From NCBI GenBank assembly GCA_016291275.1, contig JAEEWY010000001.1, forward strand, positions 1 through 46,209: a stretch of 46,209 nt of DNA. The letters run 5' to 3'. Below, in pieces: positions 29,827-39,854 of the stretch. The notes below the pieces were generated by a model. It was not told where the DNA came from, ran no database searches, and saw nothing but the letters and a program-made list of their open reading frames with translations. The translations under genes were made by a program, and so were the position numbers. Position 1 is the stretch's first letter, and every line of letters starts with the position of its first letter. The stretch is from Methanobrevibacter sp. (lineage in GTDB: Archaea > Methanobacteriota > Methanobacteria > Methanobacteriales > Methanobacteriaceae).

Positions 29827-31053
29827 CTATTTTCTTCTTTTCTTTTTATTCTTCTTGTTTTTCTTGCTTCCTTTGTATTTCTTGCTTTTTCCTTTCCCTT
29901 TGTCCCTTTCAGCTTTTCTTTCCTTTGCCCTTTTTTGGCTTGTCTTTTTAGGGAATGGATTTTCCTTTTCGATTTGCTCAACTTTCTTAAGGTAATCCTC
30001 TGCAATGCTTGGATCATACTCTCCAGAGAATACATCCTTTCTTACAGCAAGTGTAATCTTCAATGCCAAGTTTCTAGCTATTTTTCCTCTGTTCCACCAT
30101 TTAGCTCCACGAACACTTGGATGTTGGAAAATCAAACCATGCTTTGGAGGGCGTTCTCCAGTTTTTAAATGTCTGAATATTGCCTTTTCAGCACCCATTA
30201 TCTGAATAACACTTGCAGGATAGGTTGCTAATCTTTTTATGCTTCCAATGTGTGCAATTAATTTGGCACCTAATGTGGATCCTAATAGGTCTCTTAAGTT
30301 AGGAGCAATGGCTTCCATTTTAGAATCGATATAAGTTTCAAGTTCCTTCCTTGACTTTTGAAGTGAATAGATTGATTCTGCAAAGCTTTTCAACATCAAC
30401 AAGTCATCCCCTTCAATGTCAGCACCAGTACTTTCTTCAATCTCTTCACTGAAATGCTCCATGAAGTTTTCCAAAATGTCCTCCCTATTTTCACTTTCAG
30501 CTATTAGCTTTATGTAAGTTTCATTATTGCTTATTGTATCCATTTCAGGGAAATAGATTGTGTACCAGTCACGAATACGCTCAACTAGTTTGCTGATTGA
30601 TTCATCAATGTCATCTACAGAGTTGATTGCTTGAATCAATAGCTTGTCAGCTTCCTGTGAAGACTTTTTGATTTTATGGATTGCTAGCTTTTCATAGATT
30701 TGAGTGATTTCATCTTGACCTTTTGAAAATCCTATTTCTTCAAAGACCTTATCAATATTGCTTCTTAAGTATTCTCCACCTTTATTTGGAGTTTTCACTA
30801 CAATATTTTCATAATTTTCAAGTTCCTTGTATTGGGATTTCCTTTTTGTGGTTTCTATAATTATCTTATCGTCAATTGAATCAAGTTTTATTCCATTAAT
30901 AAGTTCAATCTCTTCATCTAAAATCTCATTTTCCTCTATCTTGATGAGATTTGAAACCACTTCATCTTCTGTAAAAAGCTTATAATCAACTATTTGAAGA
31001 TCTTCATCAAATGCAATAAATCCTGCAATACATTGTGTTATATAAAATTCCAT
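29827..31053 (-). CDS. nop5: C/D box RNP protein Nop5 (Nop56/58)
   Basis: Motifs WYTIYFPE, IAPNL and IQIMGAEKAIFRHLKTGERPPKHGLIF, a Lys-rich tail, and adjacency to flpA. Confidence 0.94.
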   Translation of the reverse strand: MEFYITQCIAGFIAFDEDLQIVDYKLFTEDEVVSNLIKIEENEILDEEIELINGIKLDSIDDKIIIETTKRKSQYKELENYENIVVKTPNKGGEYLRSNIDKVFEEIGFSKGQDEITQIYEKLAIHKIKKSSQEADKLLIQAINSVDDIDESISKLVERIRDWYTIYFPEMDTISNNETYIKLIAESENREDILENFMEHFSEEIEESTGADIEGDDLLMLKSFAESIYSLQKSRKELETYIDSKMEAIAPNLRDLLGSTLGAKLIAHIGSIKRLATYPASVIQIMGAEKAIFRHLKTGERPPKHGLIFQHPSVRGAKWWNRGKIARNLALKITLAVRKDVFSGEYDPSIAEDYLKKVEQIEKENPFPKKTSQKRAKERKAERDKGKGKSKKYKGSKKNKKNKKKRRK

Positions 31054-31284
31054 AATCTTATTTTAATTTTTTTATCTAATATATTTTACATTATTTTAGA
31101 TAATTTTTTTAGTATCTGAACTAATTTTTAGTAAATTTTCGTTAATTTTCCCCACGAAAACTAAATAATTATATATCATATAGTTTCCATATATTAAAAT
31201 AGTATAAAATTATATTATATTATTAAAATATTATAAAGAGAAATTACTTAAACTTATCATTCATGTTTTTATTGGAGGTAATTC

Positions 31285-32196
31285 ATGTTAAAAACTAAAT
31301 TATGTGGTGTCAGGTTAAAGAATCCATTGATGCTTGCTGCAGGTGTATTGGGAAGCCATGCATCTTCCCTTAATTGGATTTTAAAATCTGGTGCTGGTGC
31401 AGTTGTATCCAAATCATTTTCAAAGGAACCTAATGACGGTTATAAGAATCCAACTACAGTTGCTGTAGAGGGAGGAATCATTAATGCTATTGGGCTATCA
31501 AGTCCAGGAGTTGAAGCTTTCATCGATGAATTGGAAAAGGTTGATCGCATAAAGGGCAAATCAATCGCTTCAATTTATGGTGCAACTCCAGATGAGTTTG
31601 CATATGTTGCAGGAAAGGTAGAGGATTTGGTTGATATGATTGAATTGAATGTATCATGCCCTCATGCAATGGAAGGATATGGTGCATCCATCGGGCAAAA
31701 TCCTGAATTAACCAAGAATGTCGTAAAGGCAGTCAGTGATGCTGTTGATGTGCCTATTCTTGCAAAATTGACTCCAAATGTAACTGACATTTCAGAAATT
31801 GCAGTTGCAGCTGAAGAAGGTGGAGCAGATGGATTGACATTGATCAATTCCTTAGGGCCTGGAATGAAAATAGATATTGTAACTGGAAATCCAATACTTG
31901 CAAATAAGTTCGGTGGAATGAGCGGACCTGCAATTAAGCCAATAGCTGTTCGTTGCGTTTATGATGCATTTGCTGCAACTGACATTCCAATTGTAGGTGT
32001 TGGTGGAATACGCAATTATGCGGATGTAATAGAGTTCCTCTATGCTGGTGCAAGCGCTGTTCAAATTGGTACTTCAATAATGTATGAAGGTCCTGAAATA
32101 TTTGGAAGGATTACAAGCGACTTGGAAGAGTTTATAGAGGAAAGTGAATTTGATTCAATTGATGATATGGTGGGCTTTGCTCATAAGGAGCCATAG
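31285..32196 (+). CDS. pyrD: Dihydroorotate dehydrogenase B, catalytic subunit
   Basis: Motifs NPLMLAAG, ELNVSCPH, KLTPNVTDI and GGMSGPAIKP. Confidence 0.96.
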   Translation: MLKTKLCGVRLKNPLMLAAGVLGSHASSLNWILKSGAGAVVSKSFSKEPNDGYKNPTTVAVEGGIINAIGLSSPGVEAFIDELEKVDRIKGKSIASIYGATPDEFAYVAGKVEDLVDMIELNVSCPHAMEGYGASIGQNPELTKNVVKAVSDAVDVPILAKLTPNVTDISEIAVAAEEGGADGLTLINSLGPGMKIDIVTGNPILANKFGGMSGPAIKPIAVRCVYDAFAATDIPIVGVGGIRNYADVIEFLYAGASAVQIGTSIMYEGPEIFGRITSDLEEFIEESEFDSIDDMVGFAHKEP

Positions 32197-32213
32197 TTTA
32201 AGTGGGTGATAGA

Positions 32214-33023
32214 ATGAATGTGCCTCAAGTTATAGAGATAAAAAAGATTATAGAAGAGACTCCTACAATCAAGACTTTTATTTTTGATTGGACTATGGTT
32301 GGTGAAAACATACCTTCTCCTGGACAGTTTGTCATGGTATGGAATTTCAAGGATGAAAAGCCAATGTCCATTTCCTACATCGATGTCGGTAAGGGAGAGC
32401 TTGGAATAACAGTTAAGAAGGTTGGAGAGTTCACTGAAGACTTGCATACATTAAAGGAAGGTGACAAGTTAGGTCTTAGAGGACCATATGGAAACGGATT
32501 TGACACTGATTTGAAAGGAATGAGAGTTTTAGCTATTGGTGGTGGAGTTGGAATGGCACCTATAGCATCATTTACCGAAGCTGCATTGAAGAATAAGGCT
32601 CAAGTTGATGTCGTTTGTGCTGCACAAACCAAGGATGAACTCTTGTTTAATGACAGATTAAAGGAAAAAGGCGCAAAGGTTTACACTTGCACTGATGATG
32701 GATCCTGTGGTTTCAAAGGATTTGCAACTCATAGGGTATTGCAATTGATTGAACACAAGGAATATGATTGGGCTGTTGTATGTGGTCCCGAAGTCATGAT
32801 GAGACCATTGTATGGTAGCTTAGAATCCAATATGATTGAAGGTGAATACTCTATGGAACGTTATATGAAATGTGCTATAGGTGTTTGCGGTCAATGCTGT
32901 GTAGACAATACCGGATGGAGAATATGTGCTGAAGGGCCTGTTTTCTCATCTGATCAAGTCTCTGAAATTGTTGAGTTTGGTAAATTCCATAGAACTGCAT
33001 CTGGAATGAAAGAGTATTTCTAA
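32214..33023 (+). CDS. pyrK: Dihydroorotate dehydrogenase electron transfer subunit
   Basis: Motifs PGQFVM, GPYGNGF, GGGVGMAP, CGPEVMM and MKCAIGVCGQC. ATG 32214 follows GGGTGA. Confidence 0.94.
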   Translation: MNVPQVIEIKKIIEETPTIKTFIFDWTMVGENIPSPGQFVMVWNFKDEKPMSISYIDVGKGELGITVKKVGEFTEDLHTLKEGDKLGLRGPYGNGFDTDLKGMRVLAIGGGVGMAPIASFTEAALKNKAQVDVVCAAQTKDELLFNDRLKEKGAKVYTCTDDGSCGFKGFATHRVLQLIEHKEYDWAVVCGPEVMMRPLYGSLESNMIEGEYSMERYMKCAIGVCGQCCVDNTGWRICAEGPVFSSDQVSEIVEFGKFHRTASGMKEYF

Positions 33024-33084
33024 ATCAATTATGTTTCAATTTATTTAATAAAAAAATATTAGCAATAATTTATTTAATGATAAC

Positions 33085-34170
33085 ATGTTTAATCTTAGTG
33101 AAAGCAAATATGGCCTGCATATAATGATTATAATAATTTTCTTATTATTGTCATTATTTACAGTCATGCCGGTATTGAATATGATTTTGCTTGGAGCAAT
33201 GATTGCTTATGGTATCAAACCAGTTGCCAATAGGATTCAATCAAAAATCAAGATCACTTCAATTTCTATATTCCTGGCGATAATAGTGGTAATCATTCCA
33301 TTGATACTATTGTTCATATATGTATTTTGGGAAACAGCAGTTTTTGCGGATATGTTTTTCGCTTCCCATAATCTTTCTGTAAGTTCAGGAATTGATTTGA
33401 ATTTGGCTATTAACACATTTGTCCAAGCATTGCCTGTGGAACTTCAAGGATTTATTAAACCTTACTTAGGGCTATTGACTAGCGGAGTGCATGAAGCCTT
33501 AACTTACATATTCAATTATGCCATAAGGTTCATAAGGCATTTTTCAGATGTGCTTGTTCAATTGTTTGTCCTTATCTGTTCCATTTATTATTTCACACGT
33601 GATGGCGATAAGGTTATGGAATATATTTTCGTATTCATTCCAAAAGAACATAGGTCTTTCTTTGAAAGAACCTTGGATGATGTTGCAAATGTTCTAAAAT
33701 CCATCTTCTATGGTCATTTCCTGACAGCTATTGTTATCGGTGTTCTAGGTGGTGTAGGCTATTATTTCTTAGGATATAAGTTTGCATTGTTTTTAGGAAT
33801 CGTTACAGGTATAGCACAGCTGGTCCCTATCTTCGGTCCATGGATAGTTTATTGGGCATTGGCCATCTATGCATTCTTTGTTGCTGGAGACATAGTTCAA
33901 GGACTCCTTACAATATTATGGGGATTCGTATTAAGCTTGAGTGATATGTACATTCGTCCAATGCTTGCAAGCAATTATGCTGACATGCCTTCCTTAATCC
34001 TTTTGGTTGGATTTATGGCTGGACCTTATGTATTTGGAATTGTTGGTTTCATATTGGGTCCTTTGATTTTGGGAATTGCATATGCGGTTATCAAGTCCCT
34101 TAAGGAAGAGTTGGAAAAGGATAAGTTAGAGAGTGAAGAATTAGAAAAGAATGAATCTGATGATTATTGA
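33085..34170 (+). CDS. AI-2E (UPF0118/PerM) family transporter
   Basis: Polytopic protein with YYFTRDG, VPIFGP, DMYIRP and FGIVGFILGP. Confidence 0.88.
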   Translation: MFNLSESKYGLHIMIIIIFLLLSLFTVMPVLNMILLGAMIAYGIKPVANRIQSKIKITSISIFLAIIVVIIPLILLFIYVFWETAVFADMFFASHNLSVSSGIDLNLAINTFVQALPVELQGFIKPYLGLLTSGVHEALTYIFNYAIRFIRHFSDVLVQLFVLICSIYYFTRDGDKVMEYIFVFIPKEHRSFFERTLDDVANVLKSIFYGHFLTAIVIGVLGGVGYYFLGYKFALFLGIVTGIAQLVPIFGPWIVYWALAIYAFFVAGDIVQGLLTILWGFVLSLSDMYIRPMLASNYADMPSLILLVGFMAGPYVFGIVGFILGPLILGIAYAVIKSLKEELEKDKLESEELEKNESDDY

Positions 34171-34197
34171 TTATTATAAAAAAATTTGGTTGATAGG

Positions 34198-36117
34198 ATG
34201 GTAAAAAGAAACATTGTTCTTTTAGACATTGATTATATCACTCATGATGAAAAGCCAGTCATGAGATTATTCGGTAAGGTGAAGGGAGAAAAATCCAATG
34301 ACTTGATTGCATTAGATGACAGTTTCGTCCCTTATTTGTATATCTTGCCAGTAGATGATATTGATAAGTGCATAAATGATTTAAAAGAGCTTGAAAAGGA
34401 AGAGGAACTGGAGTTTACAAAACTTGAAAAGGTCCTTAAGAAGGATTTTCAGGTTCCTACTGAATTCATTAAACTCAGCTTTAACCATCCTCAAGACGTG
34501 CCTAAATACAGAGACAAGATTTGGGATTTGGACTCTGTAAAACAGCTTAGGGAACATGACATTCCATTCTATAGAAGATACTTAATTGATAATGGATTGG
34601 TTCCTATGGCTGAATTGGAGCTAGAGGGGGAACTTATTGACTCATTTGAAACCATAGATACAGATGATGATTCCCTTGAAATCCTTAAATTGAGTGACTC
34701 TCCTAAAACTGCTAACACTGATTTCCAACAGTTTAGGATGATGAGCTTTGACTTGGAAGTGAGAAACCCTCATGGAATGCCTAATCCTAATGAGGATGAA
34801 ATCATCATGATTGGAATTGACAGCAATGTGGGAGTTAGAAAAGTCATCTCAACTAAAGGGGATGAGTTTGAAAATGATCCTGAAATGTACTTTATAGAAA
34901 AGGTAGATTCTGAAAAGGAAATGATTGAATCCTTCATCAAAACTGTTAAGGAAAACAATATTGACATTATCATAGGATATAACTCTGATGTCTTTGATTT
35001 CCCATACCTTAAGGATAGGGCAAAGCTTTGGGGTCTTGACTTGGATTTAGGTGTTGATGGGTCAAGCATCAAGTTCATTAGAAGAGGTTACAATAATGCA
35101 GCCACATTTAAAGGGCTTCTCCATGTTGACTTGTACTTGGTTATGAGAAGATACATGTCACTTGACAGATACACTTTAGAGAGAGTTTACTTTGAGTTCT
35201 TTGGAGAGGAAAAGATAGATGTTCCTGGAGACAGAATCTATGAATTCTGGGACAATGGAGGAAGGGAACTTAAGAACCTGTTCAAGTATTCATTGGATGA
35301 TGTGGTTTCCACCTTGAAGATTGCTCAGGAAACATTGCCTTTGAACTTGGAATTGACTCGTATAGTTGGCCAGCCTTTTGTTGATGTAACCCGTATGGCA
35401 ACTGGTCAGCAGGCAGAATGGTATTTGGTTAGAAAAGCTTATGAAGTTGATGAGGTTGTACCGAATAAGCCAAACATGACTATGAAAAACATCAAGGAGA
35501 GAGGAAGCAATTCTGGAGGTTATGTGAAAGAGCCTGAAATCGGATTGCATGAGAATTTGGTTCAGTTCGACTTCAAGAGCCTGTACCCTACCTTGATTAT
35601 TTCAAAAAACATTTCTCCAGACGTTTTGGTTAAGGATAATGTTTCATATAATGCAAAATTCGAAGACTTTGAAACAGGCTATGATGATATAGATAGTCTA
35701 AGAGAAGAGGAACTCTCTTCTGAAATCGATAATGATGAGGAATATTATATTTCACCTGAGCATTATTTCAAGTTCAAGAAAGAGCCTCAAGGATTTATTC
35801 CTTCAGCTTTAGAGGATATTCTAAATGAAAGGTTTGCTGTGAAAAACAGGATGAAGGCAACTGATGATCCAATTCTAAAGAAGAGTTTGGATGTTCAGCA
35901 GCAAGCGTTGAAACGTTTGGCAAATACAATGTATGGAGTTTATGGATTCTTGAGATTCCGTTGGTATTCATTTGAATGTGCCCAATCAATTACCGCTTGG
36001 GGACGTCAGCATATTAAAAAGGCAATGAAGGAAGCGGAAGATTACGGTTTCAAGGCCATTTATGCAGATACTGATGGTTTCTATGCAAAATATGTGCCTG
36101 AAATGAAAAAAGAATAA
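34198..36117 (+). CDS. polB1: Family B DNA polymerase, large N-terminal subunit of a split enzyme (PolB1)
   Basis: ExoI FDLE, ExoII YNSDVFDFPY, motif A DFKSLYP, motif B KRLANTMYG and motif C YADTDG, then a stop 12 residues later. Start is TTG 34186 or ATG 34198. Confidence 0.9.
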   Translation: MVKRNIVLLDIDYITHDEKPVMRLFGKVKGEKSNDLIALDDSFVPYLYILPVDDIDKCINDLKELEKEEELEFTKLEKVLKKDFQVPTEFIKLSFNHPQDVPKYRDKIWDLDSVKQLREHDIPFYRRYLIDNGLVPMAELELEGELIDSFETIDTDDDSLEILKLSDSPKTANTDFQQFRMMSFDLEVRNPHGMPNPNEDEIIMIGIDSNVGVRKVISTKGDEFENDPEMYFIEKVDSEKEMIESFIKTVKENNIDIIIGYNSDVFDFPYLKDRAKLWGLDLDLGVDGSSIKFIRRGYNNAATFKGLLHVDLYLVMRRYMSLDRYTLERVYFEFFGEEKIDVPGDRIYEFWDNGGRELKNLFKYSLDDVVSTLKIAQETLPLNLELTRIVGQPFVDVTRMATGQQAEWYLVRKAYEVDEVVPNKPNMTMKNIKERGSNSGGYVKEPEIGLHENLVQFDFKSLYPTLIISKNISPDVLVKDNVSYNAKFEDFETGYDDIDSLREEELSSEIDNDEEYYISPEHYFKFKKEPQGFIPSALEDILNERFAVKNRMKATDDPILKKSLDVQQQALKRLANTMYGVYGFLRFRWYSFECAQSITAWGRQHIKKAMKEAEDYGFKAIYADTDGFYAKYVPEMKKE

Positions 36118-36204
36118 AATTTAAAATTTTATTAAATTTATCTAAAAAATTAAAAATCACATTTATTGAAAAATTAATTATAATTATTTAAAGGAAGTAT
36201 GATT

Positions 36205-36591
36205 ATGGAAGAAAAAATTGCTTTAGCAGCATGTAGTGGAATGAGTCCTAATGGTTTAGTTGCAAGAGTTGCAGTTCATGACTTAGCTATTGATGATGTG
36301 GAAATCTTATCCATTTGTATGGGTTCAACTTCTGCAAATGTTACTGGTTTTAAAAGAATGCTTGACAAATACCCTATTTTAGCAATTAATGGCTGTGAAG
36401 GAAATTGTGTTGGTAAAATACTAGAGCAAAAGGGTATTGAGATTGTGGATGAGCTTAATGTTGGAGACATTTTAGCTGAAACTGAACATAAGGCAAATGA
36501 TGCTGCAAGATTGGATGAAGAAGGGGAAATCTGCGTTTCAATAGTTAAAGAAGTTATTGAAAACAAGATCAAGGAACTTGAATTGGATTAA
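36205..36591 (+). CDS. DGC-domain putative zinc-binding protein
   Basis: Cysteine pattern ACSG, SIC and AINGCEGNC. Start is 36199 or 36205. Confidence 0.8.
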   Translation: MEEKIALAACSGMSPNGLVARVAVHDLAIDDVEILSICMGSTSANVTGFKRMLDKYPILAINGCEGNCVGKILEQKGIEIVDELNVGDILAETEHKANDAARLDEEGEICVSIVKEVIENKIKELELD

Positions 36592-36657
36592 TTATAATTT
36601 TTTCATTTGATTTTAGTAATTTTCTTATTCATTCCCAATATTTCTTAAGGTGATTTT

Positions 36658-37050
36658 ATGGTAAAGCCAGTCAAGATTCATGATAATAATTTATGGGATA
36701 AGTTTGTGAGTGACAGTGAGCAATATTTTGCTGTCTTAAGTCCTGGAACCAAGATTGCATTCTTTGTTGGTGAGACTGACAAGAATTTCTTGCTCATTGA
36801 AAGAACTGAAGGATCTATTGATTCCAAGTTCAATGTAAACAGTTCACTCAATATGATGGAAACAGATTTGTTCTTTACAATTGCTGAAGATGATGCATCT
36901 GAACTTTTGGATGATGCAAGCAAACTTTCAACTTTCATTAAGGAAGGAAAGTTAGGAATATTCTGTTTGGTCGATGATGTGGTCATGGCAGATAAAGGTC
37001 TTGATACATTATTGAATGATTTAGGATTTGCACCATCTTGTGCAATTTAA
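36658..37050 (+). CDS. Hypothetical protein, possibly SCP2-like fold
   Basis: AGGTGA SD and typical codon usage; weak resemblance to SCP2 domains. Confidence 0.7.
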   Translation: MVKPVKIHDNNLWDKFVSDSEQYFAVLSPGTKIAFFVGETDKNFLLIERTEGSIDSKFNVNSSLNMMETDLFFTIAEDDASELLDDASKLSTFIKEGKLGIFCLVDDVVMADKGLDTLLNDLGFAPSCAI

Positions 37051-37483
37051 TTTTTTTAATTTTTTATCCTAAAATTTATTTTCTATTTTTTTAAAAATTT
37101 TTTGAAATTTTAATTTTTCATTTTTTTCAAAAAATAATTTTTTCATTTTTTCACTATTTTGTTATTTCTCATCTGTGTGATGTAGATTATCAATTATCAA
37201 AATTTATAATATGATTCATACTTTTAGTATTTTAAAAATATGATTAATTATTTTAATACTTATTAATCTAAACTATGATTTTATGAACTTTCATTATTAA
37301 AATTTTTACATGTCTTTGAAAGTGAAAATTTTAGTGTTATTTTCATAAAAATTTTTAAAAAAATAGTAAGATTTTGCAAAAAATTTAAATTTTTAAAATT
37401 TTTAAAATTTGCAAAATAAGTAAAATTAGATTATAAAAAATAGTAAAAAAAATAAAAATAGTAAAAAAGAAAAAAAGTTAGAT

Positions 37484-38512
37484 CTATTCAGTTAAGTAAC
37501 TGTCTAAATCTATATTTTCAGCATCACAAATGGTTTTTAATGTTTCATAGAGTTTTTCATCTATTTCTAAACCATTTTTCTCATTTTCAGCAATTCTTTT
37601 TACTTCGAGATCTCCAGGAATGAAAGTGTTTCCGGATTCTCTGATTTCTGTAACGAATTCTTCTACTTGCTCTTTGAATGCGTCAATTGAAACGAATTTT
37701 TCAGGATTGATTGCAACAAACAAGTCTCCTTTGTTACAGTCTTCCTTATAATCTCCTGCAGTACCGGTTACTTTAGTACCGAATGCAGCGTTTACTAAAG
37801 GCCCTGTCATGATTTCAATCATAAAGCTTAAAGCGTATCCTTTAACTCCACCGAATGGAAGGATGGAACCTTCTAATGCAGCTTCAGGATCAGTGGTTGG
37901 ATTTCCGTCCTTATCGATTGCAGTGTTTGGAGGAATTTCCTCACCTTTTCTTTTAGCTTCCAAGATTTTTCCTCTAGCGCTTACAGCAGTTGCCATATCA
38001 ACAGCAATATAAGTTTCAGAAGGGATACCAATAGCTATTGGGTTAGTTCCAAGAATAGCTTTTCTACCACCTAAAGGAGCTACTCCAGGTTCAGTGTTAC
38101 AAATTACAATACCAATCATGTCATTTCTAATAGCGAGGTCAGAGTAGTATCCTGTTATTCCAAAGTGGTTTGAATTGAAGGTACCTACTGCAGCGATACC
38201 GGTTTCCTTTGCCTTATTGATTGCCATCATCATTGCTTCATGTGCAATGTATTGTCCGAATAAGCTTTTTCCATCAATGAGTGCAATGGAATCCTCATCT
38301 TTGACAACTTCATAATCTCCTTTGGTTTCAATAAAACCGTTATTGATTCCTCTAATGTATTGTGGGAATCTTCCAAGTCCATGTGAAGTGAAACCTTTTA
38401 AATCAGAGTCTAAAGTTGCTTCGGTAATGATTTTTGCATGATCTTCTTGAACTCCAATGTTGATTAAGATTTCATTTACAAGTTTTCTTTCATTTTCAAC
38501 ACTAATTCTCAT
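37484..38512 (-). CDS. comC: L-sulfolactate dehydrogenase (Ldh_2/malate dehydrogenase family)
   Basis: Motifs SHGLGRF, SNHFG, LGTNPIAI, DMAT, PFGGVKGY and IPGD. In methanogens this family member is ComC (coenzyme M synthesis). Confidence 0.85.
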   Translation of the reverse strand: MRISVENERKLVNEILINIGVQEDHAKIITEATLDSDLKGFTSHGLGRFPQYIRGINNGFIETKGDYEVVKDEDSIALIDGKSLFGQYIAHEAMMMAINKAKETGIAAVGTFNSNHFGITGYYSDLAIRNDMIGIVICNTEPGVAPLGGRKAILGTNPIAIGIPSETYIAVDMATAVSARGKILEAKRKGEEIPPNTAIDKDGNPTTDPEAALEGSILPFGGVKGYALSFMIEIMTGPLVNAAFGTKVTGTAGDYKEDCNKGDLFVAINPEKFVSIDAFKEQVEEFVTEIRESGNTFIPGDLEVKRIAENEKNGLEIDEKLYETLKTICDAENIDLDSYLTE

Positions 38513-38678
38513 ATTTTCCCTCCTAAATGATTGGCATTTGTTGAAATAGCTATGTAATATTAATTTATTTATAATTAATTTATAATTTATTTTTAAATTA
38601 TTTTTTAAATTATTATTGGAATTTTATGTATTTTTTTATTTTATTTTATTCTATTTTCTTTTCTTCTTTGAATTGATA

Positions 38679-39698
38679 TTAATATTCAATTACACTTCCT
38701 TCAAATGTTTTCACAGTAATCTTTTCTTCAGCAGTTACTGTTCCTACAATTTGCGCTTCAATGTTTTCATTCAATGCTTCTACAACAGCATCTGCTTCTT
38801 CTGGGCTAGCAATTACACAGAATCCTACACCCATATTGAAAACCTTATACATTTCCTCTAAAGGAACTCCTTGTTCATAAATCAATTTAAAGATGTCTTG
38901 TGGTTCTGGATAATTTGTAATGTCAAAACCGATTCCTTTTTTAAGTCTTGAAAGGTTATTTACTCCACCACCAGTCATATGAGCAAGTCCTTTAATGTTA
39001 AAGTCATGTTTTAAAAGATCGACAATTGCCTTAACATACAATTGGGTAGGTTTCAACATTTCTTCACCGATGGTTGTTTCTCCGTTAGGCATTTTGTCGT
39101 TAACATCGAATCCACCTTCTTCAAAGATTGCTCTTCTTGCTAAGCTTAAACCGTTACTGTGAATACCGCTGCTTCTAAGACCGATTAATATGTCTCCTTC
39201 TTGGATATCTGCACCTGTGATGATTTTGTCCTTGTCTACAAAACCGATACCGGTTCCTGCTAAGTCAAAGTCTTTTACAATTCCTGGAAGTGAAGCGGTT
39301 TCTCCACCAATAATTGCAATTTGTGATTCTTTTGCCCCTTGGACAAGACCGTCTGCAATTTCTTCAGCTACTTTTGGGTCTGGTTCTTCAACTGCTAAGT
39401 AGTCAACTAATGCAATAGGTTCCGCACCTACACAAAGGATATCGTTAACTACCATTGCAATCATGTCAATTCCAACAGTATCATATTTTTCCATCATTTT
39501 TGCAACTAATATTTTACTTCCTACACCATCAGTACTCATAGCAATAGCCTTATCGCCAAGTTCAACTAATGCTGCAAAGTGTCCGCTGTCAGTAATAATA
39601 TTTCTGTATTCTAATGTTGGTTGTAATTTTGAAGCTAATTTTGAAACGGTTAATGCTTCAAGGTCAATGTCAACACCAGATTCTGAATAAGTAACCAT
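38679..39698 (-). CDS. purM: Phosphoribosylformylglycinamidine cyclo-ligase (AIR synthase)
   Basis: Motifs [36 protein letters not shown] and FNMGVG. ATG 39698 follows AGGTGA. Confidence 0.96.
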   Translation of the reverse strand: MVTYSESGVDIDLEALTVSKLASKLQPTLEYRNIITDSGHFAALVELGDKAIAMSTDGVGSKILVAKMMEKYDTVGIDMIAMVVNDILCVGAEPIALVDYLAVEEPDPKVAEEIADGLVQGAKESQIAIIGGETASLPGIVKDFDLAGTGIGFVDKDKIITGADIQEGDILIGLRSSGIHSNGLSLARRAIFEEGGFDVNDKMPNGETTIGEEMLKPTQLYVKAIVDLLKHDFNIKGLAHMTGGGVNNLSRLKKGIGFDITNYPEPQDIFKLIYEQGVPLEEMYKVFNMGVGFCVIASPEEADAVVEALNENIEAQIVGTVTAEEKITVKTFEGSVIEY

Positions 39699-39854
39699 AA
39701 AATTCACCTAATAATAATTTTTTATAATTTGTATATTTCATTAAAATATGCTATTTAACAATAACTAACATTATAATATTTGTTTTAGCTATTATTTATA
39801 TTATATTAATTAATTATATGTAAAAAATAAAAAATAAAAATTTAAATTTTTAAT

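Noticed and set aside
29760-30035. 91-aa basic ORF overlapping the nop5 3' end
   Set aside because: Alternate-frame product of the A-rich Lys-tail coding sequence, with no recognisable motif.
29040-31284. C/D box guide RNAs near flpA/nop5
   Set aside because: No intergenic RUGAUGA...CUGA pair with suitable spacing was found by eye.
34198-36117. polB as a truncated pseudogene
   Set aside because: All catalytic motifs are intact, there is no downstream remnant or frameshift, and it matches the known split PolB of Methanobacteriales.
38616-38861. 81-aa Phe-rich ORF
   Set aside because: Arises from T-rich intergenic DNA and overlaps purM antisense.
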